NCBI GenBank assembly: GCA_050950165.1
Contig: JBMNHC010000001.1
Coordinates: 453,744-517,743 of the forward strand
Direction: 5' to 3'
Length of the DNA stretch: 64,000 nucleotides
From: Candidatus Dojkabacteria bacterium
Lineage (GTDB): Bacteria > Patescibacteriota > Dojkabacteria > SC72
Every line of letters starts with the position of its first letter. The stretch's first letter is position 1. The notes beneath the pieces were generated by a model. The model ran no database searches and was not told the DNA's origin. It was given only the letters and a program-made list of their open reading frames with translations. Positions 45,261 to 54,588 of this stretch are shown here, one piece after another. The position numbers were made by a program, and so were the translations under genes.

Positions 45261-46631
45261 ATGAGTACTACACAGATACTACAAAAGAATGCATATTTAG
45301 TGGTATTAATTAAAGACAACCATATGTTTGCTAATTTAGCATATACAGATTTTTCTTCACAGAAGACATATCTACTCTCAGATATTACAGATCTTTCAGC
45401 TCTTAAGTTTAGAATGGATGATGTTGTATTTAGTAAAAATTTCTGGTTTGAATATTTTGATGCACTAGAGAAAGAATTTGGATGGAATATTGTTGATAGA
45501 AGATGGGGAGAAGTATTTAAGATTGTGGATTTTGAAGATGAAGGAGAAGGAGTTAGTGGTATTAAGATATTGGTAGATGATGACCAACCTTTTTTTAATA
45601 ATATCTTTACCTCTTTGAAAGAGTTTTCTAAAGATATTGTACTTAGAGTAGCAGACGAGAGATATATACAGGTGTTAATGGAGGAACTAAGAGTAAGGCT
45701 TGGATATGATGACCTGTTATGGGTAGATATGGACTTAGCTCATTTCTCTGTTTTTAGAACTTACGAAAGAGAGAGTCCCTTAGGTATCTTTTCTAAAGAT
45801 GCAAAAAAGGAGAGAGGTTTCTTTAAATCTAAAATCTCTTGGAGTAGTGAAATAGGGTTGATTGATTCAATAAAGAATTCTAAATTAAGAGCCTTTCTTT
45901 CATCTGAGTATAACTTTGAGGATTTAGTAGATAAATGGGCTAACTTTGTAGCTAATACTCCTGATTTAATAGTGGACCCTGTACTAGATGACCTTCTTCG
46001 TTCTTTTGCTACAATACAGAATCTCTCTATGAAGGAAGAAAACAGAGAAAAGTTTGATGCTTTCGGAAGAGGTAAGAGTGCAGTTATACTAACAGGTAAG
46101 CTAGCTAAGCTATTAAGAAAGAGAGATCTGTTTTTGTCATTAATAGATGGTTTTGAGCTAGAGGGTATCTTTGATCTCTACTTAGATGTAGAGAATAGGA
46201 TACTTTCATACGGTAAGGATTTAGTAGAGGGTTCTGAAGCAGAAAATATAATGGTAATTAAAGGAGATATCTTGCCTGGTGCATACAAAGTTGTTATTCC
46301 TGAAGTTAATGTTAGTAAGGGTAAGAACAGGGTTCTCTTTTCTGCAAAAATATCTTCTCAAGATTTTGAAGAACGAGATATATATGCACTTAATCCTAGT
46401 TTAGAGATATTTACAATACCTAATGTTGTTAACAAAGTAGTAGTAGAAGGAGCTCTTAAAAATGGTGCTGTACTTACTCATTTTAGTACAACAGATGTAT
46501 CCTTTGTATCTACAAGAGGTGGAGTAAGATATGATGGTTTAGTAGTAGACTGTAGAATCAGACCCATTATTTACGGTCCTAGTGCTAAGGAGAACAAGAT
46601 AAAATTACAAAGTTGGGGAGATGGAAATTAG
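45261..46631 (+). CDS. hypothetical cytoplasmic protein (456 aa), no recognisable family
   Basis: Long uninterrupted ORF with no TM or signal peptide and acidic patches (DFEDEGEG). Overlaps the next ORF by 11 nt, which suggests translational coupling. Confidence 0.45.
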   Translation: MSTTQILQKNAYLVVLIKDNHMFANLAYTDFSSQKTYLLSDITDLSALKFRMDDVVFSKNFWFEYFDALEKEFGWNIVDRRWGEVFKIVDFEDEGEGVSGIKILVDDDQPFFNNIFTSLKEFSKDIVLRVADERYIQVLMEELRVRLGYDDLLWVDMDLAHFSVFRTYERESPLGIFSKDAKKERGFFKSKISWSSEIGLIDSIKNSKLRAFLSSEYNFEDLVDKWANFVANTPDLIVDPVLDDLLRSFATIQNLSMKEENREKFDAFGRGKSAVILTGKLAKLLRKRDLFLSLIDGFELEGIFDLYLDVENRILSYGKDLVEGSEAENIMVIKGDILPGAYKVVIPEVNVSKGKNRVLFSAKISSQDFEERDIYALNPSLEIFTIPNVVNKVVVEGALKNGAVLTHFSTTDVSFVSTRGGVRYDGLVVDCRIRPIIYGPSAKENKIKLQSWGDGN

Positions 46632-47631
46632 AAGTAGAATGTTAGAACCGTACAAAGACTATCAATTTAGTATTCCTCTAGATGGAAGAGAGAGAGTATA
46701 TGTTAAGGCTGGAAGTACAATATCTAGTGGAGATAAATTATTTGAGAGTTTGAGTAGCGGTAGTAAAAAATCTCTCTATTTACCTAAGATATTAGAGTGT
46801 AAAGTTGAAAATATACCAAGCTGTATGAGTAGGATAGATGGAGAGTATGTAGAAGAGGGTGAAGTTATTGCAAGAAGAGTAAGAAGAGGAGGTCTTAGTA
46901 TATTAGAGGTTCTTGCTCCAGTTTCAGGGATATTAGATTTTAGAAAAATTAGCAAAGGATATATTGATATATTAGGAGAGGAGAGTAGTAATATATTTGT
47001 TAGTGATTTTAATGGATATATTACTGCTGTGAATCCTAATGATGGTATTGTTGTTAAAGCAGATGCCCTCTCTATTGATGTTGTTGCTACTACAAAAGAG
47101 CAAGAGAAATATTTTGGTAAACTAGAGATAATTGAAGATGGAAACAGTATTATCACAGAAGGTGTGTTAGCTGATGATTACTCTGGTAAGATTGTATGGG
47201 TAGGTCCTTATCTTTATGACAGAGTTGCTTATGAACTATTCGAAAGAGGAGCTACAGCTATTCTTACATACGCTATCTCTTACTTACAATTTAGGGAGAT
47301 GGGATTACCCATTGCAGTAGTAGGTGGCTTTGGTTCTGTACACTGCGATACTAGATTTATTAACAACCTAGTTACCTTGCGTAATCGTTTGGTCATATTA
47401 GATGGTTATGAGAATCAACTCTTTGTAATTGCTAAATCAGATAAAAAGAGTAGAGAGTGGTTTGTAAAAGACTATATCAATCAACTAGTTATATCCAGAG
47501 CTCCCTCTACTTATGGATATATAGGGAAGGTGGTAGATATCCAAGGTAATTCTGGGTATCTCTATGTTGATTTTGATAAAAAAGGTCAATCTTTACTACA
47601 TATCGGTGTATTAGATTTTATAGATTTGTAA
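46621..47631 (+). CDS. hypothetical cytoplasmic protein (336 aa), possible barrel-sandwich / lipoyl-like hybrid motifs
   Basis: RERVYVKAGSTISSGDKLFE ... GEVIARRVRRGGLSILEVLAPVSGILD resemble the two half-sites of a biotinyl/lipoyl-like barrel-sandwich hybrid. Otherwise unassigned. Confidence 0.4.
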   Translation: MEIRSRMLEPYKDYQFSIPLDGRERVYVKAGSTISSGDKLFESLSSGSKKSLYLPKILECKVENIPSCMSRIDGEYVEEGEVIARRVRRGGLSILEVLAPVSGILDFRKISKGYIDILGEESSNIFVSDFNGYITAVNPNDGIVVKADALSIDVVATTKEQEKYFGKLEIIEDGNSIITEGVLADDYSGKIVWVGPYLYDRVAYELFERGATAILTYAISYLQFREMGLPIAVVGGFGSVHCDTRFINNLVTLRNRLVILDGYENQLFVIAKSDKKSREWFVKDYINQLVISRAPSTYGYIGKVVDIQGNSGYLYVDFDKKGQSLLHIGVLDFIDL

Positions 47632-47655
47632 TCGTAGGTTAGGGGTAATATAATT

Positions 47656-48906
47656 TTGGGAGCCTATTTTATTTTTCATCTTTCTACCACTGTGAGTAAA
47701 AGTACACAAGGAAAAAGAAATATATGGATAGTTGTTTTAATAGTAATATCATTTTCTTTAGGGATATTTTTTGGAAGACAGGTTGATGCACCTTCACTAG
47801 ATACTCTGCTTACTGCCAAATCTAAAGTAGATCTAGATCTCTTTTGGGAAGTATGGCGAGTTATGGATAGTAAGTATGTAGAGAAGGATAAAGTTACAGA
47901 CGAAGAGAAGATGTATGGTGCCATTAAAGGAATGGTAGATTCATATGGAGATCCTGCAACTGTTTTTCTAACTCCTAAAGAGACTGAAGAGTTTGAAGAT
48001 ATGAGTAGTGGTAAGTATTTTGAAGGTATAGGAGCAGAGCTTGGGTATAGAGATGGTGCAATTGTAGTTGTCTCTCCCTTAGATGGCTCTCCTGCAAAAG
48101 CTGCAGGAGTTAAAGCAGGTGACTACATTCTTGCTGTAGATGACTATGAAGTTAAGAGTGGAGATAATATATATAGTATTGTGGACAAAATTAGAGGAGA
48201 GGCAGGTACCGTTGTATTACTTAAGGTATTGCATTTAAATGAATTAAAGCCAGTTGAGATAGAGATTGTAAGAGGAGAGATTACTGTTCCAAGTATGACT
48301 CTCTCCTTTATTGGTCCTAACAAATCCATTGCTTTAATAGATATTGCAAGATTTACTGAGGCTTCATATCTAATATGGAGTGAGAATTGGAATAATGTAG
48401 TAGATGAGGTAGTTCAAAGTGGAGTAAAGAAGATAATTATTGATCTAAGAAGTAATCCTGGAGGTTTTTTTGATGCAGCAGTATATGCAGCTGAAGACTT
48501 TTTAGCATCAGATACATTAATAGCACAGCAACAAGATGGTAAAGGTAAAGTTCAAGATTTCCTTTCTAAGAAAGACGGTAGACTAAAAGGCAAAGAAGTA
48601 GTTGTTCTTGTAGATATGGGTAGTGCTTCTGCTTCAGAGATATTTGCAGGTGCACTACAGCAAAACAAAGTAGCAAAGATATTAGGAACAGAGACCTATG
48701 GTAAGGGTACAGCTCAGAATATTTTAGAGTTGTATGGTGGGTCTAGTTTGCATATTACCACTCTAAAATGGCTTCTTCCTGATGGTAAATGGTTAAACAG
48801 GGAAAATCCCGTTGTTCCTGATATTGAAGTAGAAAACAGTAATGAGGATTTCTTAAAAGGTTTTGATAGGCAACTAGATGAAGCAATTAAATTGCTAAGT
48901 AAATAA
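47656..48906 (+). CDS. ctpA: S41 C-terminal processing (tail-specific) peptidase with PDZ domain
   Basis: N-terminal TM anchor; PDZ region; VVLVDMGSASASEIFAGALQ (catalytic Ser) and TYGKGTAQ (catalytic Lys). Confidence 0.75.
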   Translation: MGAYFIFHLSTTVSKSTQGKRNIWIVVLIVISFSLGIFFGRQVDAPSLDTLLTAKSKVDLDLFWEVWRVMDSKYVEKDKVTDEEKMYGAIKGMVDSYGDPATVFLTPKETEEFEDMSSGKYFEGIGAELGYRDGAIVVVSPLDGSPAKAAGVKAGDYILAVDDYEVKSGDNIYSIVDKIRGEAGTVVLLKVLHLNELKPVEIEIVRGEITVPSMTLSFIGPNKSIALIDIARFTEASYLIWSENWNNVVDEVVQSGVKKIIIDLRSNPGGFFDAAVYAAEDFLASDTLIAQQQDGKGKVQDFLSKKDGRLKGKEVVVLVDMGSASASEIFAGALQQNKVAKILGTETYGKGTAQNILELYGGSSLHITTLKWLLPDGKWLNRENPVVPDIEVENSNEDFLKGFDRQLDEAIKLLSK

Positions 48907-48927
48907 ATTCAGTTTAAATAACTAAAT

Positions 48928-50088
48928 ATGAATAAAGTAGTAGGAGAGAAAAAGAAAGCTTTTGGGAAGCTATCCAAGTATAAACATTTGAGAGTAATGG
49001 GGGTATCTCTAGTAATTGTTACAATGTTTCTTCTTCTTGCAGTATCTATAATTTTAATACTAAGAGTGTCTCCTGAATTGCAACGAATATTTTTAAATCA
49101 AAATATATCTCAAGATGACAAAGAGAGACCAGTTATCAATATTACTGAGAGAGAAAATGTAATTGTAGATGTAGTAAAACAATCTAGTGAGTCTGTGGTC
49201 AGTATTGCAATTACAACACTATCTCTTAAACAAGGAGAGGGGATAGTAGATACGGTAAATAATATAGGTACAGGTTTTGTTGTAGATAGTAGTGGAATTA
49301 TTATCACTAATCAGCATGTAGTTTCAGATAATGATGCAGTATATACAGTCATTACTAATAGTGGTAAGGAGTATACAGTTGTAGAGATAGTAAGAGATGA
49401 TAGTAATGATATTGCTGTACTTAAAATAGATGCTAAGGATTTGAAAGCTTTAGAATTGGGAGATTCAGATAACCTTTTAGTAGGTCAAACAGTAATAGCG
49501 ATAGGTACACCACTAGGTGAATATGCAGGTAGTGTCACCACTGGAGTAATTAGCGGTTTAAAGAGGTCTGTAAAGACCTCTTCTGGATGGTTTGGTGCAA
49601 CTAGTAAGGTATATGAGAATGTAATTCAAACAGATGCAGCAGTTAATCCTGGGAACTCTGGAGGTCCACTCATTAGTACAGAGGGCAAGGTGGTTGGTAT
49701 TAACTTTGCTACTAGCTCTGGTGCAGATAATATCTCTTTTGCACTACCTGTAAATACAGTAAAGCAGAGACTTGAGGAGTACAGAACATATGGTAAATTT
49801 ATCAAACCGTATGTAGGTATTTCATATCAGATGATATCTGAGTATGAAGCTCTTTACTACAAAGATGTAGTAGCAGGAGCATTGGTTATCAATGTTGATC
49901 CAAAAGGCCCTGCTGCTAAAGCTGGTATTGAAAGAGGAGATATAGTTGTAAAGATTAACAAACAAAAAGTAGAGGGTTCTTTTGCTTCTTTAGTACAATC
50001 TTTTAAGGTAGGGCAAGAGGTAGAGATAGAGCTATGGCAGAGTGGAAAGAGTAGGGTAGTAAAGGTAACCTTAGAAGAAGCTAAATAG
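48928..50088 (+). CDS. htrA: HtrA/DegP-family trypsin-like serine protease with a C-terminal PDZ domain
   Basis: N-terminal TM; His region ITNQHVV; Asp DIAVLKI; NPGNSGGPL catalytic Ser; C-terminal PDZ (GALVINVDPKGPAAKAGIERGDIVVKIN). Confidence 0.8.
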   Translation: MNKVVGEKKKAFGKLSKYKHLRVMGVSLVIVTMFLLLAVSIILILRVSPELQRIFLNQNISQDDKERPVINITERENVIVDVVKQSSESVVSIAITTLSLKQGEGIVDTVNNIGTGFVVDSSGIIITNQHVVSDNDAVYTVITNSGKEYTVVEIVRDDSNDIAVLKIDAKDLKALELGDSDNLLVGQTVIAIGTPLGEYAGSVTTGVISGLKRSVKTSSGWFGATSKVYENVIQTDAAVNPGNSGGPLISTEGKVVGINFATSSGADNISFALPVNTVKQRLEEYRTYGKFIKPYVGISYQMISEYEALYYKDVVAGALVINVDPKGPAAKAGIERGDIVVKINKQKVEGSFASLVQSFKVGQEVEIELWQSGKSRVVKVTLEEAK

Positions 50089-50887
50089 AGAGTATAAATC
50101 TCTCTTTGTTAAAGCAATCTGTTTCAACAGTATACTTCAAATCAGGTAGATACTTTTTAAAAAGAGTAAGAGTCTCTTCTACTATCGTCTCTTCCGTTTC
50201 TATATATAAAATAAAGTCTTTTATACATTTTTTCTTAATCTGTTCAAGTAGTCTCTCATATATCTCTAGACCACTACTTCCACCATCTAGTGCAAGCTTA
50301 GGTTCAAAATCTAATACACTTTTATCTAATTTTTTGTAAACAGATGTTGGAATATATGGTAAGTTTGCAATTAACAGAGTAGTTCCTTTTAGTATAGGCA
50401 GATCTTCTATCAGATCTGTTTTAATCCACTCTATACTTTCATTAGTTAAGAGTTTTTCATTTTCTTTTGCTATTTTTAATGCATTAGAAGATATCTCTGT
50501 AGCAAAGATGTTAGGAAATATACTCTCTCTGTTTAAAAGTTTCTTTAATGATATTGCTATACAACCACTACCTGTACCTATATCTACAATATTTTCAATA
50601 TTATATCTCTTAATTAACTCTATCGAGTTGTAAACTAACTGCTCTGTTTCAATCCTAGGAATTAATGTATCTTCTGTGACAAGAAACTTACTATTACAAA
50701 ACTGAGCATACCCTCTTATATACTCCCAAGGCTCTCCATCTTGTAGCCTTCTTAAAACACTCTCTTTATCTGTACTGTTCTCTTCCAGATATTCAACTAT
50801 CTCTATAGCTATACGTTTAGAATCAGGGTATTTAATCTGATCTAGAAATTCTTTAATATTAAATATCTGAGAGAGTTTATTTTGCAT
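50081..50887 (-). CDS. prmC: release-factor glutamine N5-methyltransferase PrmC/HemK
   Basis: SAM-binding DIGTGSGCIA, substrate motif NLPYIP (NPPY variant), position immediately downstream of prfA. Confidence 0.75.
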   Translation of the reverse strand: MQNKLSQIFNIKEFLDQIKYPDSKRIAIEIVEYLEENSTDKESVLRRLQDGEPWEYIRGYAQFCNSKFLVTEDTLIPRIETEQLVYNSIELIKRYNIENIVDIGTGSGCIAISLKKLLNRESIFPNIFATEISSNALKIAKENEKLLTNESIEWIKTDLIEDLPILKGTTLLIANLPYIPTSVYKKLDKSVLDFEPKLALDGGSSGLEIYERLLEQIKKKCIKDFILYIETEETIVEETLTLFKKYLPDLKYTVETDCFNKERFILSI

Positions 50888-51986
50888 TATTTAATATCTC
50901 TAACTGTATTCCTTCTCGTATATCATTAATCATCTCCTCTAACTCTCCACTTAAAACCGCCTCAATATTGTGCCAAGATTTTTTTATTCTATGATCAGTA
51001 ATTCTGTTTTGTGGAAAGTTGTAAGTTCTAATCTTTTCAGCTCTCATAGCACTACCTATCTGAGAAGATCTAAGAGAAGACCTTTTTTCTTGTTCCTCCT
51101 GTCTTTTCTTTTCATAGAGTCTAGATCTAAGAAGAGCCATAGCTTTCTCTTTGTTCTGACTCTGATGCTTTGTCTCTTGGCAACTAACTACGATGTTAGA
51201 AGGGTAGTGAGTAATTCTAACAGCTGAATCTGTTCTGTTTACACACTGACCACCTGCACCAGATGCTCTCATTACATCGATTCTAATATCTTCTGGATTA
51301 ATCTCAATATCTATCTCTTTTGCTTCAGGAAGTATTGCTACAGATGCAGTTGATGTATGTATTCTTCCTGATGCTTCTGTTGTAGGTACTCTTTGGACTC
51401 TGTGTACACCACTTTCGTATTTTAATTTTTTATACACATTCTTCCCATTTATCTGTGCTACTACCTCTTTGTACCCACCACTTTCAGTAATATTACTCTC
51501 AATTATCTGTATATCCCATCCATTTCTTTCTGAGTAGTTCTTATACATCCTAAAAAGGTCTGCAGCAAACAAACTAGCCTCATCGCCACCAGCACCTGCT
51601 CTAATCTCTAATATTGCCGATCTACTATCATCTTCATCTTGAAACTCTCTCTCTATCTGTATCTTCTTTATCTCTTCTTCAATGGAATTAATCTTTTCCT
51701 CAATATCTACCAATTCAACCTTTGCCATCTCTAGTAGCTCTTTGTCATCTTCTTGCTTTAATATCTCCTGTGTATCTTCATACTTCTTAATTTCGGCAAG
51801 GATATTATCGATATGCATAGAGAGTAGGGAGTAGTAGTTTAAATCAATACTCAACTTAGAGATATTCTCTCCTGTTGTATGAGCAAGACTCATCTTTCTC
51901 TCTAAGTCTTCTTTCTCTTGTTTAGCATTGCTTTTAAGATATTTTTCTTTCAGTGCTGTAATCTCCATCTTTATGGATAATATCAT
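50877..51986 (-). CDS. prfA: peptide chain release factor 1
   Basis: GGQ motif (SGAGGQCVNRTDSAVRITH) and a PxT-type tripeptide region (RVPTTE) rather than SPF, which indicates RF1. Confidence 0.85.
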   Translation of the reverse strand: MILSIKMEITALKEKYLKSNAKQEKEDLERKMSLAHTTGENISKLSIDLNYYSLLSMHIDNILAEIKKYEDTQEILKQEDDKELLEMAKVELVDIEEKINSIEEEIKKIQIEREFQDEDDSRSAILEIRAGAGGDEASLFAADLFRMYKNYSERNGWDIQIIESNITESGGYKEVVAQINGKNVYKKLKYESGVHRVQRVPTTEASGRIHTSTASVAILPEAKEIDIEINPEDIRIDVMRASGAGGQCVNRTDSAVRITHYPSNIVVSCQETKHQSQNKEKAMALLRSRLYEKKRQEEQEKRSSLRSSQIGSAMRAEKIRTYNFPQNRITDHRIKKSWHNIEAVLSGELEEMINDIREGIQLEILNNAK

Positions 51987-52010
51987 GTTAAAAAATATTT
52001 TTGGAGTGTT

Positions 52011-52346
52011 TTACTTAGAGATATTTGCGTTGGCAAGCATATCTTTGAGTGTAAGAGTAGATGAAGATTTAATAGAGGTATCTCTTTTAGCTTTTCTCTC
52101 TTGCATCTTCTCTCTTTTGCTCTTAAAAGACATCTTAGATGCTTTCTGTGCTCTCTCTTCAAATTTCTTTACAACATTGTCAGTATCAACGATTTTTTGT
52201 TCTCCAGTATAGAAGGGGTGACACTTTGAACAGAGTTCTATGTTTAGAGTATCTACCTCTAATGTAGAACCTGTTTCAATGGTATTGCCACATGAGCAAA
52301 CAATCTTTAAATTCTTATTGTATTTAGGATGAATATCTCTTTTCAT
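52011..52346 (-). CDS. rpmE: ribosomal protein L31 with C-terminal Lys/Glu-rich extension
   Basis: MKRDIHPKY...CSCG...CSKCHPFYTG matches L31. Sits upstream of prfA, as commonly found. Confidence 0.8.
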   Translation of the reverse strand: MKRDIHPKYNKNLKIVCSCGNTIETGSTLEVDTLNIELCSKCHPFYTGEQKIVDTDNVVKKFEERAQKASKMSFKSKREKMQERKAKRDTSIKSSSTLTLKDMLANANISK

Positions 52347-52418
52347 AACGGGTAGAATTATAACAGATGAGGATATGTGTGTCTAGGGTTATTAGATTAC
52401 TAAACCCTGTTTGATAGC

Positions 52419-53540
52419 TTAATCAGAGAAAGCCTTACTCAGAAGATCTAGCTCTTTGCCTAATCTCCAGTAAGATACTCCTAAAAGATTACTCTCTTTT
52501 GCTAGTTTTATTCTCTCTAATACACCCTCTTCTGTTTGGTAGAATAGGGTACATGTAGCTCCATCTGAACATTTGTACTGTGCATATCCTTCTGCAATAT
52601 CTTTTTTGTACTCTCTTTGAATATTGCTATTCTTTAATATATTAGCAACAGAAGTTTCTGTTAATGCAGATGCTTTTGTATCTTTCCAAAGATATGCATA
52701 GAGATGTACTCCTAAAGATATTTTTTTAGAATCTATTCTCTCCTTTGCATACTCTATGACATCTTCCATCCAGTTAATGGGAGCAATTGGACCAGCTGTA
52801 GTAGAAGTTTGTAGTGTAAAATCATATGTCATTATCTTTATCCTATCCGCTATCTTATCGATTCTTTCCCAATCTTGTACAGCAAGAGTATCCTGAGTAC
52901 CATCTCTTATTTTTGCAACTACTGTTACAGAGAGTATTTTCTCTTTAGCATGTAGAGCTGTTTTCAGATCTGTTAAGAATTTAAAATATCCTTCTTTCTC
53001 AGAAGAGTATATCTTTTCATAGTCTATATCTACTCCATCAAAGTTGTACTTCTCTACCTCTTTTAATATCTCACTTATATGTTTTTCAATATATGCCTCT
53101 GACTGTAGTAGGGATCTCATCACTTTAAAATCGTAAGAGCCAACAGTAGGTATTACCTCTATATATTTTTTTGTTGCAAAAGAGAGTAGCTTCTGTACAG
53201 ATTGTTCAGAAGGTTTTCTATTTAGTAAAGTACCATCACTATTTACTCCGTAAAATACAGGATTAATCTCCCCTATATCTCCTTTATACTTTTCTAAACT
53301 AGAATATCCATTCTCAAAATCCCAAGCAGGAATCCATGCAGAGTGTAAAAAAGATGGAACATTTTCTACTACTTGAGGAGGGTCTTTCTTCTCTTCTTTT
53401 ACCTGTTCTATATTTGTGTCTTTTTTTATCTCAGGAATATCTTCTTTAATCTTGTTTTTGTTTGAAAGAAAGAACGAAAGAAGTAGTATTGATACTGAGA
53501 GTATTGCACTAATTAAAAGAAGTGTATTTTCTTTTTTCAT
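52419..53540 (-). CDS. glycoside hydrolase family 18-like protein, N-terminally membrane anchored
   Basis: N-terminal TM. FDGVDIDYE matches the GH18 DxxDxDxE catalytic motif. A conserved YWR... sits near the C-terminus. Confidence 0.6.
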   Translation of the reverse strand: MKKENTLLLISAILSVSILLLSFFLSNKNKIKEDIPEIKKDTNIEQVKEEKKDPPQVVENVPSFLHSAWIPAWDFENGYSSLEKYKGDIGEINPVFYGVNSDGTLLNRKPSEQSVQKLLSFATKKYIEVIPTVGSYDFKVMRSLLQSEAYIEKHISEILKEVEKYNFDGVDIDYEKIYSSEKEGYFKFLTDLKTALHAKEKILSVTVVAKIRDGTQDTLAVQDWERIDKIADRIKIMTYDFTLQTSTTAGPIAPINWMEDVIEYAKERIDSKKISLGVHLYAYLWKDTKASALTETSVANILKNSNIQREYKKDIAEGYAQYKCSDGATCTLFYQTEEGVLERIKLAKESNLLGVSYWRLGKELDLLSKAFSD

Positions 53541-53657
53541 CTTAATAAATTATACTACACTAAAGAAAAAAGAGGAGATTGAAATCTCTGAATACCCAAC
53601 TACTCTAGGTTAGCGGGATTGATTTTTTCTGAGTAAGAAAATATACTAATATTACTT

Positions 53658-53879
53658 ATGAAATATCCAAAGAGAATACAAAACAGGGTGAGTAGGATAG
53701 AGGGACAGATAGGTGGGATTAAAAGGATGATTAATACGGAGGTCTCTGAAGAGAAAGTAATGATTCAGCTACAAGCTGTAATATCTTCGTTGGAGAGTTT
53801 AAAGTTAGAACTACTTAAGAAGCAGATGAAGGATAGTTTTATAGAAAATATTAAAAAATCCTTATCTGTATCTGAGTAG
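53658..53879 (+). CDS. CsoR/RcnR/FrmR-family metal-sensing transcriptional repressor (DUF156)
   Basis: RVSRIEGQIGGIKRMIN ... QLQAVISSLESLKLELL matches the RIEGQ.RGI.RM...D..C.....Q..A...AL pattern, but this protein lacks the usual sensing Cys. Confidence 0.55.
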   Translation: MKYPKRIQNRVSRIEGQIGGIKRMINTEVSEEKVMIQLQAVISSLESLKLELLKKQMKDSFIENIKKSLSVSE

Positions 53880-53934
53880 TAATCTGATATACTTAGGTGT
53901 GTACTGTCCAATAATATGAATATATACTTAAGAG

Positions 53935-54582
53935 ATGAAAATAAAGAGTTTAGGTTGGTCTACCTTTCAATTAACAGTTGGTGATACTACATTAGTAACA
54001 GATCCTCTTTCATTAAAAGATAGTGGGTTTAGTTTTAATAAGATGAAATGTGATGTAGTTATATTCTCAGAGAAGGAGCTCTTTGGTAAAGAGGATATAT
54101 TAAAAGAGAAAGGGTTAGAAAAGAAGGTAGAGCCTGATCACAGAGATACTATTATTGAAATATCGTCTCCTGGAGAGTTTGAAGTAGGTGGTCTTATGAT
54201 TAGAAGGGATGTAGATTCTCCTTTCTATATTATAGATGAGGGGAAGCTTAGGGTTGTGTATATGGGGTTGGTTGATAACAGTTTGGATGTTGGTACTACT
54301 AAGGATTTGGGAGATGTAGATGTTCTTATCCTCCCTATAGGGAATGGGTCTCTTTTTCCTGATTACGATAGAATAGAGAAGGTTATTAGAAATGTAGATC
54401 CTACAATATTGCTACCTTCTGCTTACAAAAAGAATGGTTTAAAAATTGGTAGTGATATGAAGAGTAGGGAGGATTTTATCAAATTCTTCGGTTTTACAAA
54501 TGTTAGAGACGAGTCATATCTTAATGTTGTTCCTGTTGCAGAGAGTGAGAACAAAAATATGGAGGTAATATTTCTTAATTAA
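53935..54582 (+). CDS. hypothetical protein (215 aa)
   Basis: ORF with no TM; MKIKSLGWSTFQLTVGDTTLVTDP resembles the first strand of an MBL-like fold, but no HxHxDH motif is present. Confidence 0.35.
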   Translation: MKIKSLGWSTFQLTVGDTTLVTDPLSLKDSGFSFNKMKCDVVIFSEKELFGKEDILKEKGLEKKVEPDHRDTIIEISSPGEFEVGGLMIRRDVDSPFYIIDEGKLRVVYMGLVDNSLDVGTTKDLGDVDVLILPIGNGSLFPDYDRIEKVIRNVDPTILLPSAYKKNGLKIGSDMKSREDFIKFFGFTNVRDESYLNVVPVAESENKNMEVIFLN

Positions 54583-54588
54583 AAATAT

